From: a virus
Taxonomy: Duplodnaviria; Heunggongvirae; Uroviricota; Caudoviricetes
DNA: 64,000 bases
Strand: one strand, 5' to 3'
IMG/VR virus record: IMGVR_UViG_3300021399_000101
Span: 65,630 to 129,629 of that record
The first letter of the stretch is position 1. Each line of letters opens with the position of its first letter. This document shows positions 1-8,846 of the stretch, piece by piece. The position numbers and the translations under genes were made by a program. The notes under the pieces were generated by a model. That model was not told where the DNA came from. It made no database searches and saw nothing but the letters and a program-made list of their open reading frames with translations.

Positions 1-8
1 GCTCTGAT

Positions 9-473
9 TTGAGAACTCTCATACAAACAGAGTTTGCAAGACCCACAATTAATATAGACGTTACAAGCACCGCGACAAGAACGTTCAAAGAAGCAATCCA
101 CTTCATTAATGCTGCATTGGTGTTTATTTGTTATCATGTTTTCTTTTTTATATATTCCAATGGTAGTAAAATGGGGTATTTTTTTATAAAAGCTGCACAA
201 ATTCCAGCAAGTGGTTTGCCAACTTTAGCCAGCACCAAAGGGGTATCAGATTCAGACCTGATGTTGGAAACATACAATGCGATAACTTCCATGTTAACAT
301 CAACTACTACAAGAATTCCAGCAATAGATTTAACCGGCTCATCAATAAGTCATTGTTGCAGCAGTTCATCATCTTGCAGCTCAAGCTGCTCATCAAGCTG
401 CAGCTCATCAAGTTGTTCGTCTAGTTCGTCTTGCTCGTGTTCAAGTATATTCATCGCTTACTTTAATATATAA
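9..473 (+). CDS. ORF open at the window edge (likely the 3' end of a longer gene). Its C-terminus is a Cys/Ser low-complexity tail (HCCSSSSSCSSSCSSSCSSSSCSSSSSCSCSS). It could instead be a short precursor-like peptide starting at ATG 261 or 291.
   Basis: No in-frame stop between the window start and 473. Codon-level repeat TCA/AGC/TGC. No convincing ribosome-binding site for the internal ATGs. Lies directly upstream of four radical SAM genes. Confidence 0.3.
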   Translation: MRTLIQTEFARPTINIDVTSTATRTFKEAIHFINAALVFICYHVFFFIYSNGSKMGYFFIKAAQIPASGLPTLASTKGVSDSDLMLETYNAITSMLTSTTTRIPAIDLTGSSISHCCSSSSSCSSSCSSSCSSSSCSSSSSCSCSSIFIAYFNI

Positions 474-500
474 CTTATATATTATTGTAAGGAAATATAT

Positions 501-1388
501 ATGAAAAGCTGCGTCCAGTTTAAACTATGGGATGACTGCAATAATCATTGCACATTCTGTTATTTAAACAAAATAAGAAAAAACACTTCCAAGGAAGAAA
601 AATTAAATAGACTCAGTATATTAAAAACCCGCCTATTATCCCTCGATTTAAGTAAATATGACAGGGTAGGATTAATAGGCGGAGATTTTTATTTGGGAGA
701 GCTGGACGGTTTGGAAAATGCTTGGATTGATATATTGAAGCAAATTGATTCAATGGATTTAAGAGTCTATTGGATTGCTTCTGCTTTAACGCAGCCTGAC
801 CCAACTTTTCTTCTTGAAAGCTTGAAAGACCTTGATAAGTCAAGGGTTCTCATATGTACATCATATGATACTGTCGGCAGGTTTACAGGAAATAAATTAA
901 ATAACTGGAAAAACAATATAAATCTTCTACTGGAAAAAGGTTATGATATAAATATAACCGCAATACCCACCAAAGAATTCATAGAAGAATATCATAATGG
1001 GCTCTTCCCTAAACAATGCTCAGTGAACCTTTGTGAGCCCCACTTAGGAACTGAATGGTATTGTAAGATAGACAAAGAGAAATATAATGAAAATCTGGTA
1101 AAAGAAAACACCTTGTTTAATCTGCCTACAAGAAGTGAGTTTACCAAATTCCTTATAGACAATCCAAAGATTCTTAATACTTATATAAATTATTCAAACA
1201 ATCACAGCAATGATATAATTGACTTTGATGAGCATCTGTCTTATGAAATAAGAAACAACAGGCTCGACGAAAACAATCTGTTTGCTAATTCATCATGTGG
1301 GCATCCGCACTTTTGCAGATTTTATAAAGACAGCGATAAGTGCGCCATGTGTGATGCAATAAACATATACAATTTACAATTAAAATAG
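501..1388 (+). CDS. radical SAM enzyme, paralog 1 of 4 (N-terminal CNNHCTFCY cluster motif, IGGDF glycine motif, C-terminal CGHPHFC...C..C motif)
   Basis: CxxxCxxC followed by an aromatic residue at aa 13-20. GG[DE] motif. Conserved C-terminal Cys/His motif shared with the next three ORFs. Ribosome-binding site AAGGAAATATATATG. Confidence 0.75.
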   Translation: MKSCVQFKLWDDCNNHCTFCYLNKIRKNTSKEEKLNRLSILKTRLLSLDLSKYDRVGLIGGDFYLGELDGLENAWIDILKQIDSMDLRVYWIASALTQPDPTFLLESLKDLDKSRVLICTSYDTVGRFTGNKLNNWKNNINLLLEKGYDINITAIPTKEFIEEYHNGLFPKQCSVNLCEPHLGTEWYCKIDKEKYNENLVKENTLFNLPTRSEFTKFLIDNPKILNTYINYSNNHSNDIIDFDEHLSYEIRNNRLDENNLFANSSCGHPHFCRFYKDSDKCAMCDAINIYNLQLK

Positions 1389-1401
1389 GAGACATATATT
1401 T

Positions 1402-2364
1402 ATGGCAATGTGTCAATGCGGACTATTCAATAACTGCAACGGCTCTTGTGAGTTCTGCATAATAAAGGATAACAAACCCGCTACTTTAAACGAGATTTAT
1501 GCTGAAGTAGAACGACTCATAACAAACATTGATTTCATCTCGACTCAAGAAGATAACTGGACAACAAAATTCAGTGACGGTATCTCTATACTTGGAGGAG
1601 AAGTTTATTATCTAACAGACCCTCACTATAAAGAGCTGTTCATGAAGCTTATAGATGTCATCATTGAAAAAGTGATAAAGGTGTCTAATAATCCGAACTG
1701 CAGATACTCTACAGTAACAAACGGATACTATGACCCTAACAACCTTCTTTTCCCTGTTGTTGATAGGTTTGCAGAAACAGTTGGTCTTCACTATATAGAC
1801 ATAAACTTCAGCTATGACTTTGAATATAGGTTCAAAAGCAAAGAACATGAGCAAAGAGTAAGAAATACGATTCTTGAGTTTACAGACAGGTACAACTATA
1901 CCCCAGGAATTCAAATGATTCTTACTCAGCATTTGATTGACAAAACTCTTTATGAGGGCTGGAGACCATCAAAGTGGATTAAGGAAAACTTCCCTAAAGC
2001 TCAGCTTGCCTTGCTTTATCCGCACCCGATTGGAAGAGGAAATAAATGGAGCGGCGCCAAAAACCTGGAAGGATTCAACTTCACAAGAGAAAGTCTTTTT
2101 AAATTCCTTACCATTCTCAAGGAAGATTCGCCATTCTTGTATCAAAGTTTTATGGCAAGTTGCCATAACAGTGCAATTTTTAAATATACAATGCTGTTTG
2201 ATAAGGGTATGGAAGCAAACGAGCATCAGCTTCCAATATTATCAGACGGAAAGGAAATAATCAATCCTAAGTGCGGACATTCAGTACTTTATCAATGTTA
2301 TAGCGATACAGATAAATGTATGCTTTGCGACTTAGAGACAATAGAATTTGGAGGAATTTACTGA
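1402..2364 (+). CDS. radical SAM enzyme, paralog 2 of 4
   Basis: CNGSCEFCI motif, LGGEVYY, C-terminal CGHSVLYQCYSDTDKCMLCD. Ribosome-binding site TAGGAGACATATATTTATG. Confidence 0.75.
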   Translation: MAMCQCGLFNNCNGSCEFCIIKDNKPATLNEIYAEVERLITNIDFISTQEDNWTTKFSDGISILGGEVYYLTDPHYKELFMKLIDVIIEKVIKVSNNPNCRYSTVTNGYYDPNNLLFPVVDRFAETVGLHYIDINFSYDFEYRFKSKEHEQRVRNTILEFTDRYNYTPGIQMILTQHLIDKTLYEGWRPSKWIKENFPKAQLALLYPHPIGRGNKWSGAKNLEGFNFTRESLFKFLTILKEDSPFLYQSFMASCHNSAIFKYTMLFDKGMEANEHQLPILSDGKEIINPKCGHSVLYQCYSDTDKCMLCDLETIEFGGIY

Positions 2365-3431
2365 TGACTAAAGAAGAGAAAGATTTATTGTATTTAAATA
2401 ACTACAAAAGGAAGTCCTTCCAATGGGAACTCTGGTCGGTATGTAATAATCTCTGCGAGTTCTGCTACCTCGGAAAAACAAACAGGCATACAGATAAAGA
2501 AAGACAGCTTACATCATTGAATGACTTAATCAAAGCATTGAACGTTCTTGACTTTAATAAGTATAACAACATTTCCCTGATAGGCGGAGAATTCTTCCAA
2601 GGCCAGCTTGATGACCCGGAAGTTCATGACAAATTCATGGAGATGATAGACATGATAGCTGACTTCTATGAGCAGAAGAAGATTGGCTCCACTTGGATTG
2701 CAATCACCCTTACAATAGGAGACCAGAAGCATCTTTATGAGGTTCTTGATAAGTTTGATAAAAGGGGGCTTGTACCAGACCCGGATTACGGCTCAAGCGG
2801 ACTTTGGCTTTGCACATCATATGATACAAAAGGACGTTTCCATACTGAAGAGGCTAAGGAGAACTGGAAGTTCCACATGAAGAACATCCATGAGAAATAT
2901 CCATGGGTTAAATTCAACACAACATGCATCCTTACAGAGCCGTTCATTCAGGACTATCTCGATGGGAAGTGGTCGCCAAAGAAGTTCTCTGAGGAGTATC
3001 ATACTTCGCTGTTTTACAAGCAGCCAGGAATAGGTCTTGTACCTAATGATAAATTTATCAGCCTTGGTACAAATCAGTATGACAGATGGATAAATACAAA
3101 GCAATATATAAATGATACTTTCGGCTGGAACTTCATGCCAAGAAGAGAAGTATTTCTTAAGTTCCTTAAAAAGTATGCCATAGAAGATAGAGACACCTTC
3201 GACAGACTTTATAACATAAACTACAGGTCTGATGAGTTGCACAGAAATTTCAATGATGTTGAACACGATGAAGAGTTCATACGTCGTAAAGACCAGAAGG
3301 CAGAAGAAATTGGCGAGTTCATCCCCATCAATGAATGTGGACACAACATGTTCTATGCAGCATATGTAGGAAACAACCACTGTACGTTATGTGATAAGCA
3401 GGCTATTGCGGAGGCACTGGATATTCAATGA
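2364..3431 (+). CDS. radical SAM enzyme, paralog 3 of 4
   Basis: Start at a TGATG overlap with the upstream stop. CNNLCEFCY motif, IGGEFF, C-terminal CGHNMFYAAYVGNNHCTLCD. Confidence 0.75.
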   Translation: MTKEEKDLLYLNNYKRKSFQWELWSVCNNLCEFCYLGKTNRHTDKERQLTSLNDLIKALNVLDFNKYNNISLIGGEFFQGQLDDPEVHDKFMEMIDMIADFYEQKKIGSTWIAITLTIGDQKHLYEVLDKFDKRGLVPDPDYGSSGLWLCTSYDTKGRFHTEEAKENWKFHMKNIHEKYPWVKFNTTCILTEPFIQDYLDGKWSPKKFSEEYHTSLFYKQPGIGLVPNDKFISLGTNQYDRWINTKQYINDTFGWNFMPRREVFLKFLKKYAIEDRDTFDRLYNINYRSDELHRNFNDVEHDEEFIRRKDQKAEEIGEFIPINECGHNMFYAAYVGNNHCTLCDKQAIAEALDIQ

Positions 3432-4300
3432 ACACTATAGTAGATATGAATGAATTTCTTCTATGGTCTAACTGTTCAAACAACTGTAAGTTCTGTTGGC
3501 AAAAGAAAATCAATAATTGTGATTGTATATTAAATGCCGAAGAGAAAATAAGTGCAATAAGCAGGGCGGAAGAACGTATAAACCAGCTACAGAGAAGTGA
3601 TGTGCTTATAGTGGGAGGAGAGGTCTTTGAAGTAACTTCACCAGAGGTTACTTCAAGACTTATTAACTTCTTTGATAATCTTGCCGTAAGATGTGAAGAA
3701 GACAAGATACGATTCCTATATATAAACACAAACCTGATATATAACGACCTGACTATCATTGATTATATTTGTAATAGGTTTCACGAGATTCCTGAGAAGC
3801 TTAAATTCACAACAAGTTACGACCTTGAAGGAAGATTCAGCTCAAAGGAAAAGGAAAATCTCTTCCTCAATAATCTCAAGAATGTCACAGAGCATTACCC
3901 ATATATCAATATAGTGGTAAACACAATTCTTACCAAGCAGGTCTGCAACAGTGATTTCTCAGTTAAGAAGTTCGCAGATGAATATAAAGTAAGACTTGTG
4001 AATCTCATACCATATATACCAATATATTATGGAGACCCGCTCACCCCAACTCTTGGAGAAATCGTAAGCAAGCTTAAGAGTGCAGACAAAGAGATTCCGG
4101 GTTATTTCAAATCATATATTGAGAACTTTGACTTGGACCAGAAGAAGATATTGTGGGAATACCACAAGTCAAATGACGATTATGCAGAATGCACTGCAAG
4201 CTATAACACTTGTGGTCACAATATCAACTTCACAAAAATACTGGGCACTGGAGAGTGCTTCATATGCAAACTAAAGGAGATGTATTATGAACTCAGTTGA
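3428..4300 (+). CDS. radical SAM enzyme, paralog 4 of 4
   Basis: ATGA overlap with the upstream gene. CSNNCKFCW motif, VGGEVF, C-terminal CGHNINFTKILGTGECFICK. Confidence 0.75.
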   Translation: MNTIVDMNEFLLWSNCSNNCKFCWQKKINNCDCILNAEEKISAISRAEERINQLQRSDVLIVGGEVFEVTSPEVTSRLINFFDNLAVRCEEDKIRFLYINTNLIYNDLTIIDYICNRFHEIPEKLKFTTSYDLEGRFSSKEKENLFLNNLKNVTEHYPYINIVVNTILTKQVCNSDFSVKKFADEYKVRLVNLIPYIPIYYGDPLTPTLGEIVSKLKSADKEIPGYFKSYIENFDLDQKKILWEYHKSNDDYAECTASYNTCGHNINFTKILGTGECFICKLKEMYYELS

Positions 4301-4502
4301 TTTCAATATTACTTTATGTACCGGAGGAGCCACAGATGAAACTGTAATGGAGTGCCCTAAGAGATTCGAATGCAAAAGATGGTGGACGCAGGAGCATACT
4401 GATGCAGCCAGGGAGCTTGGTCTGTTAGAGCATAAAATATACGTTCCTGTTGACCCTAATTTTATAACCGAAGAAGGGTGCATAAATTTTCTGGAGAAAT
4501 GA
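4287..4502 (+). CDS. small Cys-containing hypothetical protein (71 aa) between the radical SAM block and the carbamoyltransferase
   Basis: ORF with GGAG-like ribosome-binding site (AAGGAGATGTATTATG) and compact spacing. Confidence 0.4.
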   Translation: MNSVDFNITLCTGGATDETVMECPKRFECKRWWTQEHTDAARELGLLEHKIYVPVDPNFITEEGCINFLEK

Positions 4503-4505
4503 TAA

Positions 4506-6191
4506 ATGAACAATACTGGTATTCATGCCAACAATGCTGAAGCTTTCGATAAGATAGATTTTACAAGACCTATCAGATATGGGCACAAAGAGGAGAACAA
4601 AGATTCCTCTGTTTGTGTAATACAGAATGGAAAAATCATCTATGCGAATGCAGAAGAAAGATTTGTGCTGAGAAAACATGAGGGCGGCTCCAGCAGAAAC
4701 ACCATGATTGATATCAAGCAACACTTGGATGGAAAATTACTGGAAGAACTGGATGCTTGGCAAAAAATTCCATATGTGTCTTTTGTGGATCACCACATAA
4801 CCCATATCTATGAAGTGTTTTACAATTCAGGTTTTGACGAGGCTGCCGTATTTGTAAATGACGGCTGCGGAACATCAAACGATTGTATCACCTTAGCTTA
4901 TATGAAACGTGGCGAAGAGCCGCTTATCCTGAAGAAGTTCAGCGATGAATATTCCCTTGGAATATTATATAGTGTCTTCTCTGCGAACACCTTTCAGAAT
5001 CCGCATGACGGCTCCAAAAGACTGCATACGGATAACCCCAATTTTAATGAAGGCAAATTCATGGGCTTGGCAAGCTATGGAACCCCAATCCCCGGTTTGA
5101 CATTGATTAAATTTGAGAATGGCGAACTTGTATGGAACATGGATGTCTTACAGGAAATAGGCCTGAAGTTCTCTGCCAACGAACTTCTTAGTATGGATAA
5201 AGAATATTCTTTTAAAGATTATCCCATGGTCTTACAGGCAAACTATGCAGCAACCATGCAGAGAGATTTTGAGAATTGCTCACTCGATGTAATCAAGTAT
5301 TTCTATCAGCTTCTGAAAGAGAACGGCATAGAGACGAAGAACCTTTGTATGTCAGGCGGTTGTATACTTAACTGCCCAACCAATTCCAAAATAATTGACC
5401 TGGGTTTATTTGAGAACTATTATGCTTCTCCGAATCCGACAGATGGTGGAGTTGGCTTCGGGCTTTTATATCGAAGGTTGATAAGTGAAGACAAACAGAA
5501 TGCTTTTCAATACAAGCGCCTTGATTCCCCTTACCTGGGATATAACTATACTTATCAGGAAACATTGAAAGACCTTCAACAGACAGAATGGTACGAAAGC
5601 TACAAGAATTGGTTTACAGAGTTAGGAGAGGTATCGCTTAACGTTTTGTGCGATTATCTGGCAAACCAGAAGATACTTTGTTGGTATCAAGGTGGCGCAG
5701 AGTTTGGGCCGAGGGCTCTTGGCCACCGTTCGCTTTTGGCAGACCCGAGAACGTTTGTGATGAACCAGAAGCTGAATAAAATAAAAGGAAGAGAGCTTTG
5801 GCGTCCTCTCGCTCCAGTAGTCCCAGAAGAGCTGTTCAAGGACGTGTTCGAAGTAGATAATACAGACCTATGTGAATTCATGCTTAGAACGCTTAGAATA
5901 AAGGAGAAGTGGGCGCCTATGCTTAAGGCAGTCTGCCATGTAGATGGAACAGCTCGTCCACAGCTCCTTAAGAAAAGTCTTAACCCAGAGCTATACAATC
6001 TGCTTATGATGTGGTATAGAAAGACGGGATGCCCTGCCCTTATAAACACATCGCTTAATCTGGCAGGCTTTCCTATAGTGGAAAGGTCAAGCCAGGTTCT
6101 TGACTTGATGCATACCTCAGGCTCTCCGGAACTAATAGGAGTGTTTGTAGGAAGCACTTTTGATATGACGGTAGTGCCGAATATCATATAA
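4506..6191 (+). CDS. NodU/CmcH/TobZ-family carbamoyltransferase
   Basis: N-terminal Kae1/YgjD-like fold motif (HDSSVCVIQNGKIIYANAEERFVLRKHEG). Length 561 aa is typical of O-carbamoyltransferases. Confidence 0.7.
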   Translation: MNNTGIHANNAEAFDKIDFTRPIRYGHKEENKDSSVCVIQNGKIIYANAEERFVLRKHEGGSSRNTMIDIKQHLDGKLLEELDAWQKIPYVSFVDHHITHIYEVFYNSGFDEAAVFVNDGCGTSNDCITLAYMKRGEEPLILKKFSDEYSLGILYSVFSANTFQNPHDGSKRLHTDNPNFNEGKFMGLASYGTPIPGLTLIKFENGELVWNMDVLQEIGLKFSANELLSMDKEYSFKDYPMVLQANYAATMQRDFENCSLDVIKYFYQLLKENGIETKNLCMSGGCILNCPTNSKIIDLGLFENYYASPNPTDGGVGFGLLYRRLISEDKQNAFQYKRLDSPYLGYNYTYQETLKDLQQTEWYESYKNWFTELGEVSLNVLCDYLANQKILCWYQGGAEFGPRALGHRSLLADPRTFVMNQKLNKIKGRELWRPLAPVVPEELFKDVFEVDNTDLCEFMLRTLRIKEKWAPMLKAVCHVDGTARPQLLKKSLNPELYNLLMMWYRKTGCPALINTSLNLAGFPIVERSSQVLDLMHTSGSPELIGVFVGSTFDMTVVPNII

Positions 6192-6194
6192 AGA

Positions 6195-6222
6195 AAACCC
6201 ACCAAATGGTGGGTTTATTGTT
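6195..6222 (+). terminator. rho-independent terminator (AAACCCACC-AAAT-GGTGGGTTT followed by a T-rich tract)
   Basis: Perfect 9-bp stem directly after the stop codon at 6191. Confidence 0.6.
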
Positions 6223-6284
6223 TGCCGCAGGCTTTTTAGGTAAAGATAAAAATAGCGGCGTATATAATTATATAGAGTCGCTTA

Positions 6285-6935
6285 ATGGCGACATTAGGAG
6301 AAATTAGATTTATGAAGCCTTATTCTGAAATGACTGAACAAGAAGCCAAAGAGTGGTTCGGACTTGCATTTAAAAGACCTCATCATCCGGGAGAACCCGA
6401 GTCTTATGTTTGTGAAGTGGAACAGGATGCTCTCTATTCTGGCTATGGCGTTCTGGATAAAGAGTATGACCCTTATGGAAAATATGATATAAATGAACTC
6501 AAGCAGTATCTTATAGATTATCCTGAGATGGAGTGTGAGGGATGGATTAAGCCTCTTACACAAGAACAGCAGAAGCTTTTGAATATAAGAACTGTATGGA
6601 ACACGACATGGACAAAGGCACATGTAAAGCAGTATCTTTATAACAAGCAGAAGGCCTGCTTCAAGAATGATGATTTGTGGAATGGCGATGATATTGATGA
6701 TAAAGAAGAACCGCAGAGATATCTGATTACCTGGGGAGAAGACCATATTTCCTGTGACCGTGCTTCCGCTTTGATAAACCAGTATGCTGGTATGGAAGAT
6801 GACAAGGCAGAACAGGTGAGACTCCTCAGAAACGCAGCTAAGCAGTATATCTCAGATGCCGTAGACGCTTACTGGGAAGCTCATTACGGTAAACCGGAAA
6901 CTCCTGTCTTCCCAGTTGTATATGTAAAGGAATAA
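6285..6935 (+). CDS. hypothetical protein (216 aa; alternative start at 6311)
   Basis: Long ORF. Ribosome-binding site GGAGAAATTAGATTTATG upstream of the second ATG. Confidence 0.55.
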   Translation: MATLGEIRFMKPYSEMTEQEAKEWFGLAFKRPHHPGEPESYVCEVEQDALYSGYGVLDKEYDPYGKYDINELKQYLIDYPEMECEGWIKPLTQEQQKLLNIRTVWNTTWTKAHVKQYLYNKQKACFKNDDLWNGDDIDDKEEPQRYLITWGEDHISCDRASALINQYAGMEDDKAEQVRLLRNAAKQYISDAVDAYWEAHYGKPETPVFPVVYVKE

Positions 6936-6938
6936 AAA

Positions 6939-7175
6939 ATGGGATGTAAAATTACAGCTTCTGGCATGTATTTGGATGGCAGTTATGGAATGTTTCAGGA
7001 CACAAACTCACCTAGTAATCCTACAGCAAAACAATGGATGGTTATGAGATCCACTACAAAATATAGCGGAGCAAGATGGGTGGCTCTTTATAATGGTTAT
7101 GTTTGGAGCGGTCTTGCTGGAACTACACCTGCTAGTTCAGTTTCCAAAAGTTCGCTTGTTTGGAGGGTAGAATAA
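6939..7175 (+). CDS. small hypothetical protein (78 aa), first of three tandem small genes
   Basis: Ribosome-binding site AAGGAATAAAAAATG. The C-terminal codons ...VWRVE supply the GGAGGG ribosome-binding site of the next gene. Confidence 0.45.
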   Translation: MGCKITASGMYLDGSYGMFQDTNSPSNPTAKQWMVMRSTTKYSGARWVALYNGYVWSGLAGTTPASSVSKSSLVWRVE

Positions 7176-7615
7176 TGTCTGTTAAATGGGAGCCGAATGG
7201 CGTTTATTTTAGCAACAATAGTAACTCATTATATAAAACCAACTATAAATTTTTTACACCGACTTACGATAGTTATAACCAATGGAAATATGAAACAACC
7301 GTAACGACAATTTACGATATCGGTATGATAGTGCTAATAACATATGAATGCACCGGTAATTACGGAAATCATGATTTTTACAATTGGTTTAAAATAAACT
7401 TTAGTTATGGAAAATGGGTGATAGCAATCAGATTTCCATATTGGGATGAGTGGGCAGAAGATGAAGATTCAGAAGTGATTTATGAAGAGGGATATGACAT
7501 AATAGGTACTGCTAGGCCTGGAAGTGCACTTACGGCAAGTAATACTTATAGTAATCGTTATCTTAATTTTACAGTCGATAGTCCCATTAGGGTTTTCGCA
7601 TGGAGGTTGGAATAA
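7175..7615 (+). CDS. hypothetical protein (146 aa), Tyr/Asn/Trp-rich
   Basis: Ribosome-binding site TTGGAGGGTAGAATAATG. Ends ...AWRLE, whose codons form the next ribosome-binding site. Confidence 0.5.
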   Translation: MSVKWEPNGVYFSNNSNSLYKTNYKFFTPTYDSYNQWKYETTVTTIYDIGMIVLITYECTGNYGNHDFYNWFKINFSYGKWVIAIRFPYWDEWAEDEDSEVIYEEGYDIIGTARPGSALTASNTYSNRYLNFTVDSPIRVFAWRLE

Positions 7616-7830
7616 TGGCGCAATTAGATAATAATGGGCTTAGCGCTTATACAGACAAGTCATCTTGGGGAGGAGGAAGCAAACTCTACCCAGTTGGATG
7701 TTGGACAAGATATGCGTATTCTGGCGGAACATATATCATGTTGCATAATCCTGAAGATGGCAGATGCCTTACAGCGTTTGTAGGGCCTTCATCGTATACG
7801 CTTGATGGCGGTTTCATCAGAGTAAAATAA
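7615..7830 (+). CDS. small hypothetical protein (71 aa)
   Basis: Ribosome-binding site ATGGAGGTTGGAATAATG. Confidence 0.5.
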   Translation: MAQLDNNGLSAYTDKSSWGGGSKLYPVGCWTRYAYSGGTYIMLHNPEDGRCLTAFVGPSSYTLDGGFIRVK

Positions 7831-7856
7831 AAAAGGCAGGTTTTTACCTGCCTTTC
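7831..7856. terminator. bidirectional rho-independent terminator between convergent genes (GGCAGG-TTTTTA-CCTGCC, flanked by A and T runs)
   Basis: Hairpin flanked by A-run and T-run, between the + gene ending at 7830 and the - gene ending at 7844. Confidence 0.6.
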
Positions 7857-8842
7857 ATTATATCTTTTACACATAATACACTATTGTATCTTCTTAAGAG
7901 GAAGTCATTGACGCATCCTCTTATTTTTTTCTTTTCTATACCTACCCCAAGAGGTTGGATGAACCAAAACTTATTTCCGCCCTTCCATCTTCTCGGACAT
8001 TCCGCCAATAACCTCTTGCTTAATTGCTTATCAAATCCGTTAAGCGTATTCACATAGATAACCAATGTGCTTAATACACCGGCTTCGTTTACGTCGGTCT
8101 TGATCCATTCATCTACGGCATCGCTGAATTTCTTCATATCAGTATCATCGTTGATTATGCCATAATAAAGTTTTGTCTGACTTGCATAAGGACCCATCCA
8201 AGACAGAGCATGACAGTGCTGACAATATGGCGTTCTCTCGTCTTGCATCACACGGTTCAGCATATAATCATTGACACCGAATTGAATCCTGTTTACCAAT
8301 TTAATTCCAGCAACGTCAACATCCTTAAGACTGCCATACACTTTGTCTTTCTCAAAGTCGAATCCCTTTTCTCTTAATACCAAATCTATAGGCCAGTTAT
8401 TATGCCAAGGTGATTCCGGGTCGTACTTTAAGTTTCTGTATTTCTCAATCCACTCGTAAACTATAGGGTCGCCCTTCTTTACATATGTGAAGCATCCGTT
8501 GTTGCTCCAATGACTGCAGAACTTATCATCCCAGGAAATAAAGGTAGTCTCGAAATAAGAGTCTGGAATTCTGTTTATACAGAACACATCAGTATCCATA
8601 TAAATTCCACCATACTCATACAGGAACTTAAGGCGAGTATAATCAATTACATAAGCATATCTCTTTCTCTCATAGTTGTCACGGGCGTATTCACAATCTT
8701 GAGCGTACTCTTTTATGGTCTTGTCCGTCCAAACTTTAATCTCAAAATCGGGATATACTCTTTTCCAGCTTTCTATACATTGCACTTCATGATTTGAAAG
8801 CTGGCTCATACCTACTTTCATCAGGTGAATTATTTTATCCAT
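7844..8842 (-). CDS. GT32-family glycosyltransferase (Gly_transf_sug, DXD motif)
   Basis: MDKIIHLMKVG...ESWKRVYPDFEIKVWTD...YAYVIDYTRLKFLYEYGGIYMDTDVFCINRIPD matches the GT32 sugar-binding region. Ribosome-binding site GAGGTATAATAAGATG. Confidence 0.75.
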   Translation of the reverse strand: MDKIIHLMKVGMSQLSNHEVQCIESWKRVYPDFEIKVWTDKTIKEYAQDCEYARDNYERKRYAYVIDYTRLKFLYEYGGIYMDTDVFCINRIPDSYFETTFISWDDKFCSHWSNNGCFTYVKKGDPIVYEWIEKYRNLKYDPESPWHNNWPIDLVLREKGFDFEKDKVYGSLKDVDVAGIKLVNRIQFGVNDYMLNRVMQDERTPYCQHCHALSWMGPYASQTKLYYGIINDDTDMKKFSDAVDEWIKTDVNEAGVLSTLVIYVNTLNGFDKQLSKRLLAECPRRWKGGNKFWFIQPLGVGIEKKKIRGCVNDFLLRRYNSVLCVKDIMKGR

Positions 8843-8846
8843 CTTA

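Noticed and set aside
350-454. Minus-strand 34-aa acidic heptad peptide (MNILEHEQDELDEQL...) opposite the Cys/Ser repeat
   Set aside because: It was considered as the real product of the codon repeat. I kept the plus-strand reading as primary because the plus ORF is open to the window edge and co-directional with the radical SAM genes. The minus-strand peptide is not excluded (see the first finding).
613-6746. Minus-strand ORFs 613-843, 1612-1932, 2817-3380, 3403-3759, 5687-6205 and 6294-6746 listed in the six-frame track
   Set aside because: All lie entirely inside well-supported plus-strand genes (radical SAM, carbamoyltransferase, 6285-6935). They lack ribosome-binding sites and have AT-rich shadow-frame composition, so they are antisense shadow ORFs.
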